Below, one piece after another: positions 1 to 9,228 of a DNA stretch of 64,000 nt (position 1 is its first letter; every line of letters starts with the position of its first letter). Under the pieces are notes generated by a model that saw nothing but the letters and a program-made list of their open reading frames with translations, was not told the origin of the DNA and ran no database searches. The position numbers and the translations under genes were made by a program. The DNA lies in contig JAFSTA010000254.1 of assembly GCA_017450695.1 (NCBI GenBank), forward strand, positions 272 to 64,271, written 5' to 3'. The DNA is from Kiritimatiellia bacterium (GTDB lineage: Bacteria; Verrucomicrobiota; Kiritimatiellia; RFP12; UBA1067).

Positions 1-17
1 CTTTCCCTCGCGGGGAT

Positions 18-63
18 GCGCTTGCCCGTCCTCCGTAGCCGTGCGTAGAATGGATCGCGATCA
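18..63 (+). repeat. Dispersed repeat module B (GCGCTTGCC-GTCCTCCGTAGCCGTGCGTAGRATGGATCGCGA), copy 1
   Basis: Near-identical ~45-bp copy at 39353-39397 with one or two mismatches. Confidence 0.8.
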
Positions 64-76
64 TTTGGACTGTGCA

Positions 77-168
77 GAAATTGCTTTCGCTACGGGGAGT
101 CTTGGAGTTTCGGAAACAGGGGCGGCTGTTCTCCAAGCCTCCCATACTCCCAGCACCGAAAGGAACAT
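77..168 (+). repeat. Dispersed ~95-bp repeat family A, copy 1 (GAAATTGCTTTCGCTACGGGGAGTC...CAGCACCGAAAGGAAC)
   Basis: About 85% identical copies at 54176-54265 (+) and 39548-39648 (inverted). All are intergenic. Confidence 0.85.
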
Positions 169-521
169 GGATTCCAGATTCGTTGTTTGGGACGCGCCTC
201 CTCGCGTCCGCTGTGACGCGAACGGACTGACAACCCGTTCTACGGGCATGTTTTCAGACAGGATTTACAGGATTCACGGGATTGGCGGCAGATCCGAATC
301 TTGTAAATCCTGTTAATCCTGTCAAAGTCATGGGGGCGGCCTCACCCGTCGCGCGCCGTCGCGACCGTCGGATTATCCGGCTTAACCGGCTTCACACGTT
401 ATCCTGCCAACTTACCGCCAGCGTGTTGTCTATCCGTTGTTCCAGTTGATGTCCTCTCCAAAAGAGTTCCTTTCGCCACGGCGAGGCAAGGCCGTGCGGA
501 CGCGATGAATCGCGTCCCTCC

Positions 522-640
522 CGATTCGGGCAACGAGGACGTTGCCCCTCCCGTTCTTTGCGTGAGAGAAAAGGTACGCAACATCCGACACGCGCTCGTC
601 GCGTCCGCATTGCTTCTCACGCTTACCCGGCTTCACACGC
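522..640. repeat. Repeat family C core (GGGCAACGAGGACGTTGCCC hairpin + CCCTCCCGTTCTYTGCGTGAG + GACACGCG hairpin), followed by an inverted CCGGGTAAGCGTG module
   Basis: Second copy at 49041-49170 with the modules rearranged. Core motif also at 39700-39728. Confidence 0.75.
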
Positions 641-721
641 TTCACCCGCCAACTTTTTTGACACTTGGATTGTCAGCGGGAAAATGGTATGATGGCGTTG
701 TCTTTTGGAACGGAAGTCTGT

Positions 722-1198
722 ATGTCGATATTCGATGATGTGATTCACAAGTGCCATGTTTGTCTGGGGCTAACGGGAAACACTGGAACCGAGATTATTT
801 CCCGGATGGTGGAATCAGCCGCGTCGCAGGCGTTGATTAGCCAAGAACTCGCCCCCAAGGCAATCCGTGCCGTCTTGAAGCGCGAGATGAGCGCTTCCAC
901 CGCGCTGCCGGATGGGATCGCCCTTCCCCACACCAAGACAGATTCCGTGGAAGACATCGTCTGCATCATTGGGGTTCATCCGCAGGGGATCGAATTCGGT
1001 GCGCCGGACGGACAACCGACCCGGCTCTTCTTCCTCATGCTGATCCCCTTCAGCAAAGCCTGTAGTCACATCGAGTTCCTCGCACAGTTGAGCCGTAGCC
1101 TTCAGGAGCCTGATGTCCGCACCTCGCTTCTCGGCGCCCAGTGCCGGGACGATGTGATCCGAGCCATTTTGAGTCATGTTGATGAAGGAGCACTCTGA
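722..1198 (+). CDS. ptsN: PTS EIIA-type nitrogen regulatory protein PtsN (EIIA-Ntr)
   Basis: PTS EIIA type-2 fold with the active His in the GIALPH motif. About 158 aa. Start chosen at MSIFDD. The stop lies 1 nt before purL. Confidence 0.7.
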   Translation: MSIFDDVIHKCHVCLGLTGNTGTEIISRMVESAASQALISQELAPKAIRAVLKREMSASTALPDGIALPHTKTDSVEDIVCIIGVHPQGIEFGAPDGQPTRLFFLMLIPFSKACSHIEFLAQLSRSLQEPDVRTSLLGAQCRDDVIRAILSHVDEGAL

Positions 1199-1199
1199 T

Positions 1200-4100
1200 A
1201 TGAAATCCTCGCTGACACTCCTCGCGGGTCTTCCCGCCTTCTCTCCGTTTCGTCTCGACGCGCTTGCCGAGCAGATTCATCGCCGGATTCCCGGCATCTC
1301 CGATCCCGAAATCGACGCCCGTTTCGTCTATCTGCTCTCCGTCCGTCCGGAGGCGACGCTGACGGACGATTCCGCCGAATTGCAGAAGGCGCGTTCCCTG
1401 TTGGGCGCGACCGCGGAACCGGTCGGGGACGGCGGGTTCTTCGTCACGCCGCGGAAGGGAACGATCTCCCCGTGGTCCTCCAAAGCGACCGATATCTTCC
1501 GCAACTGCGGACTGGACGACATTCTCCGGGTGGAGCGCGGTGTCCAGTTCCGCATCCGCGGTGCGCTCGAAAGCGGGACAGTCCCCCGCGAGCTGTCGGT
1601 GCAGGAACTGCAGCCGGTCTTCTGTGTCCTGCACGACCGCATGACCGAGGGTGTTTATACGGATCTCTCCGATTTCTTCGACCAGCAGCCGCCCCGTCCG
1701 GGGCGCGTGTTCGACGTGCTGGGGCGCGGTCTGGAGGCGTTGCAGGAGGCGAATGTCTCGATGGGACTCGCCCTGAACGAGGAGGAGATCGACTACCTCT
1801 TCCGCAGCTACACAGCGGCGGGACGCAACCCGACGGACACGGAACTGGTGATGTTCGGGCAGGTGAACTCCGAACACTGCCGCCACAAGATTTTCAACGC
1901 GGAGTGGATTATCGACGGGCAGAAGATGGACCGGACGCTCTTCGGCATGATCAAGAACACGCATCGGCTCCACCCGCAGGGAACGCTGGTCGCCTACAAG
2001 GACAACTCCGGTGTGCTGGAAGGGTTCGAGGCGGATCGTTTCTTCGTCGATGGCGAGACCCACACCTACCGCTTCGAGCCGGATCGCATCGACATGCTGA
2101 TGAAGGTGGAGACGCACAACCATCCGACGGCCATCTCGCCCTATCCCGGCGCGGCCACCGGCGTCGGCGGGGAGATTCGCGACGAGGCAGCCACGGGAAC
2201 CGGCTCGAAGACGAAGGCGGGTATCTGCGGATTCATGGTCTCCAACTTGCAAGTGCCGGATTTCCCGATGCCGTGGGAGAAGGAGTTCGCGGAGTTCCCG
2301 CGCCGCCTCTCGCCCTCGCTCTCCGTGATGATGGAGGGTCCCATCGGCGGCGCGTCCTTTGGCAATGAGTTCGGGCGTCCGCAACTCTGCGGCTTTTTCC
2401 GAACCTATCAGGAACTGGTGAACGGACGCGAGCGCGGCTACCACAAGCCGATTATGCTGGCCGGCGGCATGGGGAACATCCGGCGGCAGCTCGTCCACAA
2501 GCAGGACGTGCCGCCCAAGGCGCTGATCGTGCAGATCGGCGGCCCCGCCATGCGGATCGGTCTCGGCGGCGGGTCGGCGTCCTCTCTCGTCATCGGCACG
2601 AACGACGAGGAACTGGATTTCAACTCCGTGCAGCGCGGCAACGCCGAGGTGCAGCGCCGTTGCCAGGAGGTAATCGACGCGTGCGTCGCGCGCGGCGAGA
2701 AGAACCCGATCCTCTCCATCCACGACCTCGGCGCGGGCGGCCTTTCCAACGGCTGCCCCGAACTGATCGAGGCGACGGGGGCGACCTTCGAGTTGCGGAA
2801 CGTGCATAACGAAGAGCCTTCGATGAACCCGATGGAAATCTGGTGTTGCGAGGCGCAGGAGCGGTATGTGCTGGCGATCAAGCCGGAAGACCGCGCCGAC
2901 TTCGAGAAGCTCTGCGAGCGCGAGCGCTGCCCCGTCGCTTTCATCGGCGAGGCTCGCGACGACGGCCGTCTCGTTCTGACCGACAGCCATTTTCAGGACA
3001 AGCCGATCGACATGGATATCGGCATTCTCCTCGGCAAGCCGCCCCGTATGGTGCGCGACGTGCAGACCGACAACACCAAACCCGCGCCGCTCGCCTTCCC
3101 CGCGCGGGTGGATATGCAGAACGAGGTGCGCAACGTCCTGCACCTGCCCTCCGTCGCCAACAAGACCTTCCTCGTGACTATCACGGACCGCACGATCACG
3201 GGACTCGTCCACCGCGACCAGATGGTCGGCAAGTACCAGTTGCCCGTGGCGGACAACGCCGTCACGATGACGGATCTCGTGCATTACACGGGCGAGGCGA
3301 TGTCCACGGGCGAACGCCCCGTCATCGCGTTGATCGACGGTCCCGCGTCCGGCCGCATGGCTGTGACGGAGGCGTTGATGAATATCGCCTCCGCCGACAT
3401 CGGCGACATCGGCAACATCAAGCTCTCCGCCAACTGGATGGCGGCGGCGGGCGAGGCGGGCGAGGACGCGCGCCTCTTCCGCACGGTGGAAGCGATCGGC
3501 ATGGAGTTCTGCCCCGCGCTGGGCATCTCGATTCCCGTTGGGAAAGACTCGCTCTCGATGCGTACCGTCTGGAAAGATTCCCAAGGTGCCGACCACAAGC
3601 AGGTCGCCCCGCTGAGTCTCGTGATCAGCGCGTTCGCCCCCGTGCGCGACGTGCGCAAGACGGTCACGCCCGATTTGAAGCCCGGCGGCAGCGTCCTTCT
3701 CCTGGTCTCGCTCGTGCCGCATGAGCCGTCCGTAAAACCCGACGTTCCCGCGTTGGGCGCCTCTGCCTGGGCGCAGACGCAAAACCAGGTCGGTGATCGG
3801 GCGGCGGACATGAAGGATCCGTCGCGCCTCAAAGAGTTCTTCGAGGCGATGCAGGAGCTGGTTGACAAGCGTCTGGTGCTCGCCTACCACGACGTTTCCG
3901 ACGGTGGCGTGATCGCCACGCTGGCGGAGATGGCGATTGCGGGCGGGCGCGGTTTCACCGCCTTCCTCCCCGGGCAGGCGGGCGAACCGGAACAGGAGCT
4001 GGCGGCGTTCTTCAGCGAGGAACCTGCCGCCGTGCTGCAGGTCGCGGACGAGCATCTGGAAACCGTCCAGGCGATTTTCGCGAAACACCATTTCGCATCC

Positions 4101-5162
4101 GACCAAGACATCCGCAAGATCGGCGAGCCGACCGACACGCGCACGGTCGCCGTCTATATGAAAGACAACCAGAACCTGCAGCGCCGTCTGCTGGATACGG
4201 ACATCACCTGGTTGCGTTGCGTCTGGTCGGAGCTGACTTACCGGATGCAGGCGTTGCGGGACAACCCGAAGTGCGCGGCGGAAGAATACGGGAACGCGGC
4301 GAACGAGGAAGATCCCGGCATGAACCTCCACCTCACCTACGATCCGGACGCCCTGCCGAGCATCCAGGCGGCAACCTCCGCGAAACCGCGAATCGCGATC
4401 CTGCGCGAGCAGGGCGTAAACGGACAGGTCGAAATGGCGGGCGCTTTCACGCTGGCGGGGTTCGACGCCGTCGATGTCCACATGACCGACCTGCAGACGG
4501 GACGGGTCAAGCTGGATGACTTCCGGGGACTGGTCGCGTGCGGCGGCTTCTCCTACGGCGACGTGCTGGGAGCGGGTTCCGGCTGGGCGCGCAGCATCCT
4601 TTACAACGACAAGCTGCTGGACGAGTTCCGCCGTTACTTCGAACGCCCCGACACCTTCACGCTCGGTGTCTGCAACGGCTGCCAGATGGTTTCGCAGCTG
4701 AAGGACATCATTCCCGGCGCGTCGAACTGGCCGGCCTTCACGCGCAACGTCTCCGAACAGTTCGAGGGGCGTTACGTGACGGTCGAGGTACTCGATTCTC
4801 CGTCGATCCTCCTGCGCGGCATGGCGGGGTCACGCATTCCGATCGCCGTCGCGCATGGCGAGGGATATGCGAATTTCACGCACACGGGAGATGCCGCCAA
4901 GGCGGTCAAGGCATTGCGTTATGTGGACGGAAAGGGAGAGGCGACGGAGCGGTATCCGTGGAACCCGAACGGATCGGCGGGGGGCTTCACGGGCTTCACC
5001 TCCGAGGACGGACGCGCCACCATCATGATGCCGCACCCAGAACGCTGCTTCCGCAGCGTCCAGCTCTCCTACCGTCCCGAAGGTATCTTCGAGAACGAGG
5101 CGGGGCCTTGGATGCGTATGTTCCGAAACGCCTACGCATTCGCGACAGGGACGACCATTTAA
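1200..5162 (+). CDS. purL: Phosphoribosylformylglycinamidine synthase, single-chain large form
   Basis: 1320 aa. N-terminal [22 protein letters not shown] matches E. coli PurL. Contains FGAM synthase domains and a C-terminal glutaminase domain (GVCNGCQM). Confidence 0.95.
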   Translation: MKSSLTLLAGLPAFSPFRLDALAEQIHRRIPGISDPEIDARFVYLLSVRPEATLTDDSAELQKARSLLGATAEPVGDGGFFVTPRKGTISPWSSKATDIFRNCGLDDILRVERGVQFRIRGALESGTVPRELSVQELQPVFCVLHDRMTEGVYTDLSDFFDQQPPRPGRVFDVLGRGLEALQEANVSMGLALNEEEIDYLFRSYTAAGRNPTDTELVMFGQVNSEHCRHKIFNAEWIIDGQKMDRTLFGMIKNTHRLHPQGTLVAYKDNSGVLEGFEADRFFVDGETHTYRFEPDRIDMLMKVETHNHPTAISPYPGAATGVGGEIRDEAATGTGSKTKAGICGFMVSNLQVPDFPMPWEKEFAEFPRRLSPSLSVMMEGPIGGASFGNEFGRPQLCGFFRTYQELVNGRERGYHKPIMLAGGMGNIRRQLVHKQDVPPKALIVQIGGPAMRIGLGGGSASSLVIGTNDEELDFNSVQRGNAEVQRRCQEVIDACVARGEKNPILSIHDLGAGGLSNGCPELIEATGATFELRNVHNEEPSMNPMEIWCCEAQERYVLAIKPEDRADFEKLCERERCPVAFIGEARDDGRLVLTDSHFQDKPIDMDIGILLGKPPRMVRDVQTDNTKPAPLAFPARVDMQNEVRNVLHLPSVANKTFLVTITDRTITGLVHRDQMVGKYQLPVADNAVTMTDLVHYTGEAMSTGERPVIALIDGPASGRMAVTEALMNIASADIGDIGNIKLSANWMAAAGEAGEDARLFRTVEAIGMEFCPALGISIPVGKDSLSMRTVWKDSQGADHKQVAPLSLVISAFAPVRDVRKTVTPDLKPGGSVLLLVSLVPHEPSVKPDVPALGASAWAQTQNQVGDRAADMKDPSRLKEFFEAMQELVDKRLVLAYHDVSDGGVIATLAEMAIAGGRGFTAFLPGQAGEPEQELAAFFSEEPAAVLQVADEHLETVQAIFAKHHFASDQDIRKIGEPTDTRTVAVYMKDNQNLQRRLLDTDITWLRCVWSELTYRMQALRDNPKCAAEEYGNAANEEDPGMNLHLTYDPDALPSIQAATSAKPRIAILREQGVNGQVEMAGAFTLAGFDAVDVHMTDLQTGRVKLDDFRGLVACGGFSYGDVLGAGSGWARSILYNDKLLDEFRRYFERPDTFTLGVCNGCQMVSQLKDIIPGASNWPAFTRNVSEQFEGRYVTVEVLDSPSILLRGMAGSRIPIAVAHGEGYANFTHTGDAAKAVKALRYVDGKGEATERYPWNPNGSAGGFTGFTSEDGRATIMMPHPERCFRSVQLSYRPEGIFENEAGPWMRMFRNAYAFATGTTI

Positions 5163-5197
5163 CCAGGCAACAAGAAGACAACGAGAAAGGGGTTCAC

Positions 5198-6115
5198 ATG
5201 GGACTGATTATCAACGGCGAAATCATTTCCGACGACGTCTTGGAAACATCATACAATTCGGATCGCATTCGCAATGCCTACACCGAACACTGCAAAAGCG
5301 AGGGCATTGAGGAAACCGACGAAGGCAGAAGACAGTTCAACGAGGATCGGATCATTGAGGATACGGTCATCCTGCAGGGCGCGAAAGCCGCCGTCCCGCC
5401 GCCCAAGGAACACGCGATCAAGTCCCGGCTCTCCCAGCTGAAATCCGATCTTTATCTGCCGACCGATACGGTTACGCCGTTCGAGGAAGAACTGCTGCAG
5501 ATCGCGGTCAAGAAATACTATCTCGTGAAGTTCTTCAAGCTGATTGACAGCTGTATTCCCCACCCGACGGAAGAGGAGTGCAACAAGTATTACGAGGAGC
5601 ATCTGGATGATTTCGCGGCAGGCGAGGTTTATCGGTTCACGCACATTTGTTTTTCGCTGGACAATTATGAGTCGCAGACGGAAGCGACGGTGGATCTCCT
5701 GAACCTGAAGGCGAGAATCGAATCCTCGCAGAATCCGGATGATAGCTGGTGGTATGCCATCGGCAAGTATTCCATCACGGTGGATCAGGATAACGGGGAA
5801 TACCCGCCGGTCAAGAAGGGGAAACTTGATCCGCAAATCGAGGCGCCCCTGTTCAAGTGTACGGTTCCCGGTCAAATCAGCGAACCGATCGTCACGAGCG
5901 AAAATACGATCGATCTTTTCCGGTTCGAAGCGGTACGAGATCTGGGGGTCCTTCCGTTCTCGACTGTCTATCCTCTCATCCGCAAACGCGTGTTTCAAGA
6001 AAAGCAAGCCATCGCGACCGGCAAGAAACTCGAAGAGCTGAAAACGAAAGCGGTCATCGAGCACACCCCTCCCGTCCAAGCCACCGGCGAAACCGGGGAC
6101 GCCGCCAGCGAGTAA
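5198..6115 (+). CDS. PpiC/parvulin-type peptidyl-prolyl isomerase-like protein with a SurA-N-like region
   Basis: C-terminal PQIEAPLFKCTVPGQISEPIVTSENTIDLFRFEAV resembles the parvulin motif. Gene GC is about 52%, clearly below the neighbours. Confidence 0.5.
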   Translation: MGLIINGEIISDDVLETSYNSDRIRNAYTEHCKSEGIEETDEGRRQFNEDRIIEDTVILQGAKAAVPPPKEHAIKSRLSQLKSDLYLPTDTVTPFEEELLQIAVKKYYLVKFFKLIDSCIPHPTEEECNKYYEEHLDDFAAGEVYRFTHICFSLDNYESQTEATVDLLNLKARIESSQNPDDSWWYAIGKYSITVDQDNGEYPPVKKGKLDPQIEAPLFKCTVPGQISEPIVTSENTIDLFRFEAVRDLGVLPFSTVYPLIRKRVFQEKQAIATGKKLEELKTKAVIEHTPPVQATGETGDAASE

Positions 6116-6117
6116 AG

Positions 6118-6280
6118 CCGGTTAAGCGTAGTGGTTGGTTAGTGGCTGGTAGGTTTTAGTTGGTAGCTGGTAGGCGGTAGGCTAGAGTTTTTAGAACTTC
6201 TAGCCATTCTAGGCGATGCTCGGTGAGCTTACCACCCAACTACCTAACCACCCAACCACCTAACCTTAAGACGAGGTTAG
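6118..6280. repeat. Long imperfect inverted repeat with a GT-rich arm (GTGGTTGGTTAGTGGCTGGTAGG...) and a CA-rich arm (CTTACCACCCAACTACCTAACCACC...), between convergent genes
   Basis: Strong strand-asymmetric composition. Arms are complementary over about 40-50 nt. The central loop holds a small palindrome, CTAGAA-N-TTCTAG. Confidence 0.7.
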
Positions 6281-6284
6281 AGGT

Positions 6285-7467
6285 TCAATCTTTCCAATCT
6301 GTCCCCCTGCTGAGTACATCACACTTGACGAGCATCCGGGGGATATGGAACGGTCCCTTGAAGAGGTTCCCTTTTGCGTGCTGCGCCACGGTACCGTCGC
6401 GATGGAGATATCCGAACCACTCTGGGAAGTCTGGATCCCTCAAATGACCCCACGCCCAGTCCGCAACGAGTTTGAAACGGTCGAAATACCGTTGCTCGCC
6501 CGTCAAACGGTATGCCTCCAGATTGGCGATGACCGCCTCGCACTGCGGCCACCAGAACTTCATATCCTGCTCATAGCACTGTGACGGGAAGTTGCGGCAG
6601 TCGCGGAACGAGATGATACCGCCGCCACACGTTCCGTCCCATCCCCACTCCCATGACCAGTCTAGAATCTGTAACGCCCGCTCGAGAAGCGCCTTGTCTC
6701 CGCGCAGCCGGGCCGACATCCATCAGAAACCAACTCGTCTCGATGGCGTGGCCTGGATTGATCATACGCCCGGCGCACGTGTCAATGAACTCGCCGTTCG
6801 GACCAACCGTCTCCAGCACGCACCTGAACTCAGGATGGACGAAATATTTCAAGATCCGATCGACCGAATCGGAAATCTGCGCATCGAGAACCGGATCGTC
6901 CAAAACCTGCTTCAACACCATCGCCACGTTGATGAGAATCATCGTAAGCGAATGTCCCTGCGCGGCGACAGCCGGTTCGTACTTGGGCGGAGTCACCACG
7001 GGATCGTTCCGGAACGACAGGATGCGTCTAAACAGCGACAGCGCCCGTTCCGCGCACGACCCGTCGCCGGACGCCCGTGCGTATTCGGCGAGCGCAATCA
7101 CCGCAAAGCATTCAGAAAACAAGTAGCGGCGCATCCGAAGCGGCGTACCATCCGCCGCAACCTCGAAGTACATCTTCCCCCTGGCGTCAAAGCAGCGACG
7201 TTCGAAGAACCCGATCGTCGATTTCGCCGCCGCCAGCCATTCGGGATTCTTTTCCACATGGTTGTACGCATAGGACAGAATATATGCGAACCGCCCCTGA
7301 AACCAGACGCTTTTCGTGGAATCCATCCGCGTACCGTCGCGGTCGAGACAGGTGAACACGCCGCCGTTCACCCGATCCCATCCGTGTTCCATCCAGAACG
7401 GCAGGATGTTGCCGACCAGCTCTGTCCGGCATTTCGCACCAAACTCCGCAATCGAATCTTTTTCCAT
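6285..7467 (-). pseudogene. AGE-family (N-acylglucosamine / cellobiose 2-epimerase) gene, frameshifted
   Basis: Two overlapping ORFs (6571-7467 and 6285-6719) carry the N- and C-terminal halves of one AGE epimerase. The frame switches within GATGTCGGCCCGGCTGCG near 6715. Confidence 0.7.
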
Positions 7468-8022
7468 TTACAGCGTTTCCTCTATCGATTTCCCGTTTGT
7501 TTCCGGCATGAACAGGATCGCCCAGACCATCTCCAGGAGCATCATCGCCGCGAAGAACGCGAAGGCTCCCGTCCCCGTCCGGGCGACGGCGACCGGGAAG
7601 AGCCAGGAGACGAGCATGCACATCCCCCAGTGGACGGTGCCGCCGAAACTCTGCCCCTTCGCCCGCACGTCCGGCGGGAAGATCTCCGAGATGAAGACCC
7701 AGATCACCGCGCTCGCGGAGAACGCCACGGCTGCCATGAAGCCGTACACGCCGCAGAGCGCGAGCCACGGCGAACAGACCGGGCCAAGCGAAATCTGCCA
7801 CGCCACGAGACCGTGCCAGAACGGCGAAAGCGCGAACTCGTGCTGGATCGTCTCCTCGCACCCGGAGATCACCCCCGAGTCAAACCCGAACAGCAATCCG
7901 CCGAGCGAGACAGCGCATACAATCCAGATCAAGAGGGACGATGAGATTCGGTTTTCATCTGACATTTGCGTTCCTCCTATGGTTTCTCCTCTTCTTTCCG
8001 GCACTCGTCGCTCCACTGCCAT
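7468..8022 (-). pseudogene. MFS sugar-porter remnant, in-frame loss of TM2-TM9
   Basis: 184 aa. Keeps the N-terminal GLLFGFDSGVISG motif, the TM10 signature VIWVFISEIFPPDVRAKG and the C-terminal PETNGKSIEE motif, but lacks about 270 internal residues. Its stop abuts the AGE start codon. Confidence 0.6.
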
Positions 8023-8198
8023 CTTTCTTTTTAGGCAAATACCAAACTCCTATTTAGGCGAATGGCAGTAGAGTACCATGTCGTAAGGCCAGGTGTAAGC
8101 ACATTTGAATTGATCTTACCGTTCGGTTTCACCCGTCTGTCACCGTGTTTCCGTTCGGAGCCGTTTCCTTCAAGTAGGTTTCCAGGTTCGTAGTCTGG

Positions 8199-9185
8199 CT
8201 ACTTTTCCGTTTTCTCGAAGAAACTCTCGCAGAACTCTTGTTCCGTCATGCCTTTCACTTCGCCGAGTGCGAGAAATTCCGTCCCGAGCTGGTTACCCCA
8301 GCTGTAGGCGCAGACGAGCCGCCCGCCGTGGAAACAGAAGTCGAGATCGGAGACGTTTCGGTTCTCGGCGGCGGCGATCGACTTGCGTTGCGCATCCGTG
8401 AGCCGCGCCTGGGGATGAATCGCCCGGTCAGCCGCGTCCTCGTGCGCCATGACGATCTTCGGGCTGACCGCCCACGCCTTCAGGTCGCGCGAACGCGCAA
8501 CGCGGGTGCGGTACGCCCCGTTCTGGTGGTCAAGATAGAAGAAGTAGAACATTCCGTCGAAATGGCGCAGGAGCGGAGCTCCCGTGTAGAAGTCCTTTCC
8601 GAACACCGCGCCGGGGATTGTTTTCCAGTCGCGCAGATCTCTTGATTCCGCGAAGAACATGGTGAACGGGTGTCCGACAAGTTCTTTCGGCTTTCCGAGT
8701 TCATACACCATCACGTACCGGTCGCCCGCCTTGCACACCGACGTGTTGTAGCCGCTCCATCCCTCGCCCGACAGAATGACGCGCGGTTCAGTCCAGTTCA
8801 CGAGATCGCTCGACTCCGTGAGGAAAAACCTGTCGCCTCCCCATTTGCTCACGCCCGTAACAACCACCCGGTCCCCTTCCACGAACGCGCTGCCGAGGTG
8901 CAGCCCCTTCGCGAACGGTGGCGTGAAATCCTGTAACGTCTCCAGATCCCGGAAACGGAAGTAAGATACGCCAAGCGAATTACCCGCGTATTTCTTGTTC
9001 TCGTTCGTGTACCGGATGTACTCGAAAAGCCATAGCCTGCCCTTGTGGACGATCGGCGACGTCTCGACGATATACTCGTCGATCGTCCCGAGCCGCCTGA
9101 TTACCGCGTCCTCCGCCACAACGTTCGCCGCCGCGCACAACGCGGCAACTCCAGCGAGCAACCATCTTGTCCTATTCACATGCAT
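8199..9185 (-). CDS. Secreted beta-propeller glycoside-hydrolase-like protein (GH43/GH32 clan-like)
   Basis: Signal peptide MHVNRTRWLLAGVAALCAAANVVA. Repeated blade-like segments with conserved W/D/E residues. Confidence 0.45.
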   Translation of the reverse strand: MHVNRTRWLLAGVAALCAAANVVAEDAVIRRLGTIDEYIVETSPIVHKGRLWLFEYIRYTNENKKYAGNSLGVSYFRFRDLETLQDFTPPFAKGLHLGSAFVEGDRVVVTGVSKWGGDRFFLTESSDLVNWTEPRVILSGEGWSGYNTSVCKAGDRYVMVYELGKPKELVGHPFTMFFAESRDLRDWKTIPGAVFGKDFYTGAPLLRHFDGMFYFFYLDHQNGAYRTRVARSRDLKAWAVSPKIVMAHEDAADRAIHPQARLTDAQRKSIAAAENRNVSDLDFCFHGGRLVCAYSWGNQLGTEFLALGEVKGMTEQEFCESFFEKTEK

Positions 9186-9228
9186 ACCCGTTCTCTCCTT
9201 TTCCCGTTCCCTAAAACAAAATCTGTTT

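Noticed and set aside
1050-4481. 1143-aa minus-strand ORF
   Set aside because: Antisense shadow ORF of purL. Arg/Gly/Ala-rich junk translation.
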